The notes beneath the pieces are model-generated. The model was given only the letters and a program-made list of their open reading frames with translations, was not told where the DNA came from and made no database searches. The translations under genes and the position numbers were made by a program. Positions 39,903 through 47,805 of a stretch of 64,000 nucleotides of DNA are shown piece after piece. The stretch lies in the IMG/VR virus record IMGVR_UViG_3300028888_000073, positions 32,001 through 96,000 of that record. One strand, written 5' to 3'. Source of the DNA: a virus. Lineage: Duplodnaviria; Caudoviricetes. Numbering within the stretch: position 1 is the first letter of the stretch; every line of letters starts with the position of its first letter.

Positions 39903-40694
39903 TCATTTCTCAATCTTTACAGGCTCTAACCACTTACGAGGTTTACCTTTGAAAGACCGTTCTTTGCGCTCTTGTGCTAAGAATTTATTAGCATCTGACG
40001 TAACACGTTTTACCGCATTAACACGTTTTACTAATTCATCTGCAACATCTACAGTATACATATAGTTGTTCCGAACCTGCACCATAGTTTGTTCAAGACT
40101 TCTTAATTTATTTAACAAAGCAGTAATATGTTTATTATATTGATCTTTCTTTCCCGGATTGGTTGCCCAATCTCCCATTTCATCAATCAGAGTTTTAATT
40201 GTGTCGTACCCATTCTGAACATCCTTAATATATTCAGGAAGTTTATTCTGCTGTAATACTTTCACATAATAATCTCTGTTTACTTGTGGATCATAGTTTT
40301 TGCTATAAACATAATTTGTTGATGCCGGAAGATTCTCTTTGTCCTTTGTTGATATCATTCCTGTAAGATCATCCATTCGCTGTCTACGTCTACTTGTAAC
40401 GCTAACACCACCCGATTCTATTTCATACACATCATACATTTCAAAGTCTTTAAGTTTCAGCTTCTTTGGGTTGTATTCAAACTTTCCTCGTGTGTAATAT
40501 GCAATAACATCTGAACCGTCAGCAACAAGAAAACTACTATCTCTAGCTGTTCTTGGATTGAACGTGTCAATCTTGTGTAATTCAGAATCTTGAAGATTGA
40601 TTGTTTTGTTTATTTTATCTATAACATCCCGTGAAACACTAAGACCAATCTTTCTGATATCAGAAATAACATTTTCATTAACTAAGCTAATCAT
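39903..40694 (-). CDS. Hypothetical protein (MISLVNE tag)
   Basis: GAGGTG RBS. Confidence 0.7.
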   Translation of the reverse strand: MISLVNENVISDIRKIGLSVSRDVIDKINKTINLQDSELHKIDTFNPRTARDSSFLVADGSDVIAYYTRGKFEYNPKKLKLKDFEMYDVYEIESGGVSVTSRRRQRMDDLTGMISTKDKENLPASTNYVYSKNYDPQVNRDYYVKVLQQNKLPEYIKDVQNGYDTIKTLIDEMGDWATNPGKKDQYNKHITALLNKLRSLEQTMVQVRNNYMYTVDVADELVKRVNAVKRVTSDANKFLAQERKERSFKGKPRKWLEPVKIEK

Positions 40695-40790
40695 ATAAAA
40701 ATTCACCTCTACAAAATATAAAAGTTACAACATATAATGTCTATTTTACTATATTTTGTAAAAGGTGAATTTTTTAGTTTTTGTGAGTGT

Positions 40791-41069
40791 TTAATAGTAT
40801 TGTGATTCAGCAACGCGCTTCGATTCTTCGTAGATTTCTTCAACTATATGTTTATTATCTATGTAGTAACTCTCAGTATGTGTCGGCTGATCAAACCAAC
40901 TCATATAATATTTAATCGCTCTGCTCTGCTTATTTGATTTATTTATCCTGCCGCTTTGAAAGATTGAAGTATATGTTCTGCTTATAATATTCTTACCAGA
41001 TATATCATATTCCGTTCTAACTACAAGTTTAATTAACTCTCTGTGTACATTGTTAATAAGTATCACCAT
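40791..41069 (-). CDS. Hypothetical protein
   Basis: ORF in operon. Confidence 0.55.
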   Translation of the reverse strand: MVILINNVHRELIKLVVRTEYDISGKNIISRTYTSIFQSGRINKSNKQSRAIKYYMSWFDQPTHTESYYIDNKHIVEEIYEESKRVAESQYY

Positions 41070-41256
41070 CTGATCTGTATTTAATTAGAATATTATAAAA
41101 GCAGTTCAAATAATTGTAGATTTCTTCATCATCTGTTGCTATATACTTTTCCATAAGTTTATTAAACGTCTTTGCATCATTATTATCTGCGGTATATTTA
41201 TTGATAATATCCCGATAGTTGTCTGCAAGCTGTTTAACCTTGTCTACTCTTTCCAT
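41053..41256 (-). CDS. Hypothetical protein
   Basis: GAGGT RBS. Confidence 0.55.
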   Translation of the reverse strand: MERVDKVKQLADNYRDIINKYTADNNDAKTFNKLMEKYIATDDEEIYNYLNCFYNILIKYRSDGDTY

Positions 41257-41434
41257 AATTATAACCTCTCTCGACAAAGGAATTAGGATCAAGTATGATG
41301 CTCTGTCTCCTTAGTGCATATCTGCAAATTCTATAGATTCCAGACTGTTCGATATTGTCTTTGCATTCATCACAAATATATCCGACATCAATACATTTAG
41401 CACAATAGATACAAAACTTAGTCACACAAATCAC
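41234..41434 (-). CDS. Small Cys-rich protein
   Basis: ORF overlapping its neighbours. Confidence 0.5.
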   Translation of the reverse strand: MICVTKFCIYCAKCIDVGYICDECKDNIEQSGIYRICRYALRRQSIILDPNSFVERGYNYGKSRQG

Positions 41435-41790
41435 TCCTTTTGTGTAGGTTTAATTTCTTTTCTTTTTACAATTTTACAGCCACTCCAATTAAACGTCATA
41501 CCCTGTTCAAGATTCAACTTGACATCGGAATTATTGTCTTTATAGTTGCTCAGTGTGAATCTATCATTTTCAAATACGACTTCTGCCGTATTCTTAAACT
41601 CAACCGGATCTGAAAGACCATAAACTGAACAACTGTAGTCAGTAAATTCAACCGTGTCACCTGTGTAGATTGCGCTACCGTCCTTATCACTTCTGCCAAA
41701 GTAGACTCCGCAAGCGGGATCATACTTAGAAATAAAATGCCAGAATCCGAGTTCATCAATCACTCTAAAGCAAAACAATTCACCGCTCAT
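41431..41790 (-). CDS. YopX-like protein
   Basis: DKDGSAIYTGDTV...VVFENDRF. Confidence 0.7.
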   Translation of the reverse strand: MSGELFCFRVIDELGFWHFISKYDPACGVYFGRSDKDGSAIYTGDTVEFTDYSCSVYGLSDPVEFKNTAEVVFENDRFTLSNYKDNNSDVKLNLEQGMTFNWSGCKIVKRKEIKPTQKE

Positions 41791-42317
41791 CAGTAATATA
41801 CCTCTTTCCCGTTAATAATTCCAAACTTCCACATATCTGTAAAGATATTATATTCATCTCCATCACAAACAACAAACATATCATCGTTTGTAAGAAAATC
41901 TCTGATTTTGTCTTTATCTGTGAGATTGATTATGCATTCATCAACACCGCCGATGCCATAATCATATCTTTCATCTTTATGATCAACTGTGAACCCGTTA
42001 AAGTTCGGATAAAACTCTCTGATAATTTCAGCAACGGGTTCAAGTTCCTCATAAAAATCTTCCTTAGTTGTACCATACCCGCACTTAATTGCAACATAAT
42101 ACAGAATCTTTTCAGTAAATGTTGTAAGGACTGTAAACGGTGATCTTCCGTAACAAGTACGCTCATTAGAAAGATTCCATCTGTCCGTATTATCCAGTCT
42201 TGCTTTGATATCTTCTGTAATGGCTTCGCGGTCAATATGCGGAGTTCCGGTCTTTACGCAAATAGAATGCGAACTAGAACTATTCGTTTCAAATACACTA
42301 CTTCTAATAGAAATCAT
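41790..42317 (-). CDS. FETNSSSxHS-motif protein
   Basis: IRSSVFETNSSSSHS N-terminus. Confidence 0.75.
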   Translation of the reverse strand: MISIRSSVFETNSSSSHSICVKTGTPHIDREAITEDIKARLDNTDRWNLSNERTCYGRSPFTVLTTFTEKILYYVAIKCGYGTTKEDFYEELEPVAEIIREFYPNFNGFTVDHKDERYDYGIGGVDECIINLTDKDKIRDFLTNDDMFVVCDGDEYNIFTDMWKFGIINGKEVYY

Positions 42318-42326
42318 AATATCACC

Positions 42327-43004
42327 TCATTCTTTACATTCAGAAAGAATCCGTTCAATCATATCAATATTTGCAATTGCATCTCTATTGATAATACCTT
42401 CTCTCAGCATCTTACTGAAAATATTATCCTGCCCATTTCTACCTTCGATATACATAATTCCGTAGTTTGGATTGAACATGAATTCGCCGATAGAAATTCC
42501 AAGTTCCGAAATCTGATCTGTAATTCCGCCAAGTAATCCGGTTGCAGGTGCGCTGTAATATTTCTTAGATTCATCTGTCTTTTCCGGATATTCGCGCTTG
42601 ATACCTCTATCTGTCCATTCATCAAACGGATCATATTTAACAGTATCACAGCCAATATAATCTTTGATCTCACGCTCCATGACTTCAATCACCGGAAGAA
42701 CATCTTCCTCAGTTGCAAACTGTACAAACTTTTTAATATGAGCACTAAGCAGTGTATTGTATACGATTGACATCTTATGTCCGGTAGTATACTTACTGTA
42801 ATAGCAGAACGGGATAGCCGGATTCGGTTGCAAGAAAACACAAAGCGGACCTCTTACAAATGAATTATAATTATCCTTAATTAAATTCTTAGTTGTTTTC
42901 CATTCTCCGTCTTTTATCCACTCATTATAAAACATATCCTCATAAAGTTTCTGCTTGTCAAACTCTGTCTTATCTTTACGCTCGATAACTATAAACTTCC
43001 GCAT
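42327..43004 (-). CDS. Hypothetical protein
   Basis: ORF translationally coupled to the radical SAM C-half. Confidence 0.7.
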   Translation of the reverse strand: MRKFIVIERKDKTEFDKQKLYEDMFYNEWIKDGEWKTTKNLIKDNYNSFVRGPLCVFLQPNPAIPFCYYSKYTTGHKMSIVYNTLLSAHIKKFVQFATEEDVLPVIEVMEREIKDYIGCDTVKYDPFDEWTDRGIKREYPEKTDESKKYYSAPATGLLGGITDQISELGISIGEFMFNPNYGIMYIEGRNGQDNIFSKMLREGIINRDAIANIDMIERILSECKE

Positions 43005-43843
43005 TAAGCATTCCTCCTAACCTTTGCAAACATTTCTTCAATGGTTTCATCCGTATAACTGTATCGCTCTGTAGATACTGAACTAACAGCGTATTCCTGT
43101 TTTACTGTATCAACATACATTGTGAACTGTCCGTCATCACCCATATAGAAGTGATTGAAATCTTCCGCAGACATGATGTTTCTAACTTCAAGCTGTTTAA
43201 TTGCAAGATTGTCAAATGATACTGTATCAAAGTGATTGATGATATCACCGATATTATCATGCATCCAATTCTTTCTTGCATCAATAAGAGTTCCTGTATC
43301 ACCAGTGTGATATGTATTACCTCTTCGGAATTCCTTGTATCCAAGAATCAAGATTTTAAGACCTTTATCGTACAGTGATTGAAGTGTATTTCTATCAACA
43401 ATTCCATTGATGATATGAATAACAGCATTTGGAATCTCTCTGATCATATTAATGAATTCCGAAGTAGGATTAACAAGCGATACGCCCAGACCATAGATGA
43501 ATTTATTACTCACAAGATTCTTAATACGCGCAAACTCTTTTTCAAAGTGAACCTGATTTACTGTCATGTTCACAATAAGTTTACGATCTTTACAATACGC
43601 AAGAAAATCTTCAAGTTGCGGATGCTCAAGAGGATTTCCGCCGCCAATTGCAAGTTCTGTATACGGATGCAGACTTTCAATGAACGGGACATTCATAATA
43701 TTACCGTGCTTGCCATCCGGCTTAGAATTCTCGTGGCAATTATGGACTAGCACACCATTTGCAAAATAGTTATGATATTCAGCAACCTCTATATTATACA
43801 CATATCCGTCATATTGTGTTTTTTCAATTTTTGAAATCCTCAT
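43004..43843 (-). CDS. Split intein C-fragment (35 aa) + radical SAM C-extein (244 aa)
   Basis: MRISKIEK..VYNIEVAEYHNYFANGVLVHN|C, then ELAIGGGNPLEHP, NMTVN. Confidence 0.92.
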   Translation of the reverse strand: MRISKIEKTQYDGYVYNIEVAEYHNYFANGVLVHNCHENSKPDGKHGNIMNVPFIESLHPYTELAIGGGNPLEHPQLEDFLAYCKDRKLIVNMTVNQVHFEKEFARIKNLVSNKFIYGLGVSLVNPTSEFINMIREIPNAVIHIINGIVDRNTLQSLYDKGLKILILGYKEFRRGNTYHTGDTGTLIDARKNWMHDNIGDIINHFDTVSFDNLAIKQLEVRNIMSAEDFNHFYMGDDGQFTMYVDTVKQEYAVSSVSTERYSYTDETIEEMFAKVRRNA

Positions 43844-44868
43844 TTCTTCTCTCCCTTTTTCAAAGATTCTTTGTGGAAATGTATGTCAACCTCATCATGA
43901 CAATCTGTACATAATACAATACCTATATCATTATTGTTATGATACTCAACTACACGCTCTTCTAATATGTTGTACTCATCTGATCTAAATTGTAAGTTAT
44001 GTATGTCAATGTTTAATTCATGTGCAATGTTTTCAACTATCTCCGAAAATGACTCTTTGTGGTGAATATGAAGAGTTCCGCCAATTTTACCACACCTAGT
44101 ACACGTATAATTTGCATCAGATAGCATTTTCTTTCTCCACGGCTTCAAAGAAATCCTAATATAATTTTTTATTGATCTGGATGTACCGCCCTTCCAGTTT
44201 TTTCTATCACTTCCTCTTTTGTAGGTAAGTTCACCGGACGCTACACGGGCTTTTATTGTTTCTTTCATTTTCTTAACAGTTTCACTATTTCGCATTGGGT
44301 TATTTGCTTTCATCCTCTCGGATGTCGCCGTTCTAAATTCAGCCATTCGTTCTTCTCTGTGTGAATCTTTATATAACTTATCTTCTTGTTCAATTCTCTT
44401 TTTCTCCGTGTATTCTTCATCAGTTAGTGATACACCAAAATAAGAAGGATTATTTAATTTCATCCTGTGCGAGAACTCTAACCATGTATTGCGCTTACAA
44501 TCCTCACATGTCGTTTCCTTAGATTCGTATAATGGCGACTTGCTTATATTTTTTATACGTGTGCCTAAAACTTTACCACACTTCCTACACACTATCTTCT
44601 GCTCGAATTTCTTAAAGTTATAGTGTTTAGGTCTTACACAATCCGGACACTTTTCCTTACTTTGTTTATCAGTTGCATAGTATGTTTTTCCACATTCTAT
44701 ACAAACACACTCTTTACGTCTTACAGAATATCTGTATTTATTGTACTTATCTCTGCACTCTTTTTCATTACAAACTATTACTCTATGATCTCTTGGAATA
44801 AAATCTTTTCCACAAAATTTACATTTTATTGGAAACTTTTCTTTAGGCTTTGTCATATAGGTCATCAT
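43840..44868 (-). CDS. Free-standing HNH homing endonuclease with Zn fingers and NUMOD-like segments
   Basis: CTRCG..LHIHH...GIVLCTDCH; SERMKANNPM; NWKGG; likely start 44856. Confidence 0.88.
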   Translation of the reverse strand: MMTYMTKPKEKFPIKCKFCGKDFIPRDHRVIVCNEKECRDKYNKYRYSVRRKECVCIECGKTYYATDKQSKEKCPDCVRPKHYNFKKFEQKIVCRKCGKVLGTRIKNISKSPLYESKETTCEDCKRNTWLEFSHRMKLNNPSYFGVSLTDEEYTEKKRIEQEDKLYKDSHREERMAEFRTATSERMKANNPMRNSETVKKMKETIKARVASGELTYKRGSDRKNWKGGTSRSIKNYIRISLKPWRKKMLSDANYTCTRCGKIGGTLHIHHKESFSEIVENIAHELNIDIHNLQFRSDEYNILEERVVEYHNNNDIGIVLCTDCHDEVDIHFHKESLKKGEKK

Positions 44869-45292
44869 CTTCTTTCAGGTCACATGCGCTTACCCAACCA
44901 CGATTTGTTGTATAAAATTTATGGTTCGGTGTGCAATTAATTATTTTTCCGTTTTCAAGCGTTATGTGAATAATTTCTCCGGTATGCCAGTGTTTATACA
45001 TATTAGTAACAGTAGAATTTGTGATTGTGTTCGATTTGTCATCAAACGCTATCACATTATCTCCAATAGAAATTTTTTCAATTGCGGTTTCTCCGTTATT
45101 TGTAGAAACCATAGTTCCGTCAACAAAACAAAATTTACAGTTCATATCGCATTTGTTAGTTACCTTAACGTCTATGCTCTCTGCAAAAGCCGGAATCATC
45201 TTACCATCTTTGCATGACCTGATCTTAGTTCCATCACTAAGCATAGCAACATTATAATTTCCGTTTGTATATACACCAATTACTGATCTCAT
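44843..45292 (-). CDS. Radical SAM N-extein (54 aa) + split intein N-fragment (95 aa)
   Basis: TNKCDMNCKF|CFVDGTMV (block A)...CTPNHKF (block B TxxH)...GWVSACDL. Confidence 0.92.
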   Translation of the reverse strand: MRSVIGVYTNGNYNVAMLSDGTKIRSCKDGKMIPAFAESIDVKVTNKCDMNCKFCFVDGTMVSTNNGETAIEKISIGDNVIAFDDKSNTITNSTVTNMYKHWHTGEIIHITLENGKIINCTPNHKFYTTNRGWVSACDLKEDDDLYDKA

Positions 45293-45316
45293 TTTTTTTT
45301 ATCCTCCAGTTATATG

Positions 45317-45769
45317 TTAATCTATGTAAACACACTCATGATAATATTTTCTAGGTATGTCAACATCATCATGATATCTGTGTAGTGGCGGTTCATCAGA
45401 TTCTTCATCAAATGTAAATGTTCCGTTTCTATCATCAACAGCATAATCGAATTCCATTGTTACAAGAGATACATCAGTACATCTTGATTTTACTTCAATT
45501 CTTGCATTAGTTGACACATTAAATGATACTTCGTCTGTTCCATGATACATATCACCATCATGTTCAATGTTACGACCAATATGTTCATCAAGATTGTCTA
45601 ACAGTTTCTTTTCATAATGTCCCGTGTGAAGTGACGGATCAATGATTGCAAAGTCAAACGGCGATTCTGCACGGCTAGTATCTTCAACAACTACAGTAAT
45701 ATCCCTCATACAAACTGGTAAATCTTTATCATAATACTTTAATCGCTCCATAAGTTCACCTACAGTCAT
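45317..45769 (-). CDS. Hypothetical protein (MTVGELMERLK N-terminus)
   Basis: AGGAG RBS. Confidence 0.65.
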   Translation of the reverse strand: MTVGELMERLKYYDKDLPVCMRDITVVVEDTSRAESPFDFAIIDPSLHTGHYEKKLLDNLDEHIGRNIEHDGDMYHGTDEVSFNVSTNARIEVKSRCTDVSLVTMEFDYAVDDRNGTFTFDEESDEPPLHRYHDDVDIPRKYYHECVYID

Positions 45770-45775
45770 TATATA

Positions 45776-45994
45776 TTACTCCTTACTGTCAAAGAATGTA
45801 TGTGTATATGCGCTGACGGCTCTAGGATTCAAACATCTGTTTTCCATAAAATCCTTAAAGTCATCATCATCAATTACCCATCCTACTGAACCACCTACAT
45901 TTGTAGCTTTCAAATCTCCGCTTTTAATCCACTTTGTAATAGTTGCTCCACACACATCAACGGCTCTTGCATAATAAGACTTTTTGTGAATCAT
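45776..45994 (-). CDS. Excisionase-like winged HTH protein
   Basis: TITKWIKSGDLKA...WVIDDDDF. Confidence 0.75.
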   Translation of the reverse strand: MIHKKSYYARAVDVCGATITKWIKSGDLKATNVGGSVGWVIDDDDFKDFMENRCLNPRAVSAYTHTFFDSKE

Positions 45995-46011
45995 ATAATT
46001 TTAACCCCCTA

Positions 46012-46641
46012 TCAAACTTCTCCGACAATATTAAATCCAAAATACCTTGTAAGAATCGGACGCATCCATTCCCACATATCAGGATATAATACAGAAGATA
46101 TAGGTTTCACAAAGCGAGAAAATTTTCCACGATTATGTGTATAGTAAAACTCAACACCATTATCATCAGTAACGTATCCTAGATAAATAGCATCATTTGA
46201 TTGATCATACTCAGGAACATGATCACGATAATAACATTTCAATCTATAGATTGTCATATCAATATTGATATGCTTTGCGTACTGTTCCGCATCGAACCTA
46301 TTCTCAAAGATTGAAATATTGTGCGCAATATCGTATATGTCGCTTCCGTCAATATATGACGTATCGACATCATCATCACATACAATGATAGGATTCTTGT
46401 ATGATGTTTTATCATCTGTAATCCAAATACTGTAAAACTTGTCTAAATCTTTCGGTATCCATAACGTGAAATCCCTATCTTCTGTATCTTCATTAGCTGT
46501 CTGCTCAATAGTGTCCGTGTCACAATCAGTCTGCGAATTCTTACTGATTGTCTTTTTAATGTCAATGAGTTCATTTTGCAGATTATTCAGCAACTCTGTC
46601 TGCTGTGCAAGAATTTTAGTAATCTCATCCATACGTTCCAT
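46012..46641 (-). CDS. Hypothetical protein
   Basis: GAGGT RBS. Confidence 0.65.
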   Translation of the reverse strand: MERMDEITKILAQQTELLNNLQNELIDIKKTISKNSQTDCDTDTIEQTANEDTEDRDFTLWIPKDLDKFYSIWITDDKTSYKNPIIVCDDDVDTSYIDGSDIYDIAHNISIFENRFDAEQYAKHINIDMTIYRLKCYYRDHVPEYDQSNDAIYLGYVTDDNGVEFYYTHNRGKFSRFVKPISSVLYPDMWEWMRPILTRYFGFNIVGEV

Positions 46642-46649
46642 AATAAAGT

Positions 46650-47039
46650 TTACCTCGCTTTAATAATAATTTTATTAATGATCTTCGATTGCAGGACATC
46701 TCTAATAGCATCTTCACACTCATATGTTTCATGTGTCAGCATAATTTTATATACTTCTAATGCAATGTCAACTACGTAACCAATAGTAGTTATATTCATT
46801 TCAGTGTCGAAAACAACCTCTGCATCATCGCCGCTATCAACAACGATAAGTTTTCCGTTAAGAGTAGAGTCGTTCGGATGCATCAAACTTTTCAGCGTAA
46901 TAGTATAGTCATTCTTGTTAATAGATTCAACAATGATATCTGCAATGTCATTTTTAATAGTCGTGATTTTGGATTTAAGGTTATCCATTCTCTGATCCAT
47001 GATCATAAGTTTTGTATTCAGCGAACTATTCATAATCAT
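46650..47039 (-). CDS. Hypothetical protein
   Basis: GAGGT RBS. Confidence 0.6.
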   Translation of the reverse strand: MIMNSSLNTKLMIMDQRMDNLKSKITTIKNDIADIIVESINKNDYTITLKSLMHPNDSTLNGKLIVVDSGDDAEVVFDTEMNITTIGYVVDIALEVYKIMLTHETYECEDAIRDVLQSKIINKIIIKAR

Positions 47040-47042
47040 ACC

Positions 47043-47315
47043 TCACATTCTAAAACGTGGTCGGAAGTATTCGATAATGTCAATCTCTTTACCGTCTTTA
47101 TAGAATGTAAAATTTACAGAGTTGAAAGTACGATTTTCATCTTCAAGGTAAATTTCAGTGCTGAATCCACCGATCTCAATCTTCGTCACACGGTATTCAT
47201 GTTCACTGTCAACTTCCAGACCGATTGAATTTGTAAATTTCTTCAAACCATTATCCGGATTAGTCATCTTAGCAGTAATGTTCTCATCTGTAATATCGCC
47301 ATAAAACAGAGTCAT
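47043..47315 (-). CDS. Hypothetical early protein
   Basis: GAGGTG RBS after a promoter. Confidence 0.65.
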   Translation of the reverse strand: MTLFYGDITDENITAKMTNPDNGLKKFTNSIGLEVDSEHEYRVTKIEIGGFSTEIYLEDENRTFNSVNFTFYKDGKEIDIIEYFRPRFRM

Positions 47316-47369
47316 TAATAAACACCTCACTTCATATTGGAAACATTATGCCGTTCCCTTTGTAAATAT

Positions 47370-47398
47370 AGTATAGCACATTTCAAGGAAATTGTCAA
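47370..47398 (-). promoter_or_regulatory. sigma-A-type promoter
   Basis: TTGACA-17-TATACT. Confidence 0.85.
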
Positions 47399-47482
47399 GT
47401 AGTTTTTAGAAAAATATGCACAGAAATATTAACAACATTTTACGTTAATTTCTGTGCATATTTACTTATTGTAATCAATTAT

Positions 47483-47788
47483 TTAAGTTTCTTTATTGGA
47501 AATAAAGTCCTTATATCCGGATACATCATTGCTGTTATTCTCTACAAGAGATTCAGCATAATATGATAGAAGCATCTGAGCATCAAGTGCTGTAATTTTT
47601 CCGTCACTGTCATGATCAAGTGCTTGATACGTTTCAAGTTCACCATGTAGATTGTTAATCTGTCCTTCAAGGTCGTGGATATACTGCCATATTTCTGGTT
47701 CAAGTGCGGTAACAGTTTCAGTATTAAAAGTTAGACAATTAACACTAATAATAGCAGAGCATACAAAAGCGAAAAACTTCTTTTTCAT
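47483..47788 (-). CDS. Secreted protein with coiled coil and a single dockerin repeat
   Basis: MKKKFF signal peptide ending VTA; DHDSDGKITALDAQMLLSYYA. Confidence 0.75.
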   Translation of the reverse strand: MKKKFFAFVCSAIISVNCLTFNTETVTALEPEIWQYIHDLEGQINNLHGELETYQALDHDSDGKITALDAQMLLSYYAESLVENNSNDVSGYKDFISNKET

Positions 47789-47805
47789 TTTGTTACACCT
47801 CTATG

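Noticed and set aside
43840-44868. Group I intron as the explanation for the interrupted radical SAM gene
   Set aside because: The three ORFs overlap with no non-coding room for a ribozyme core, and the C-half has its own RBS and ATG as expected for a split intein.
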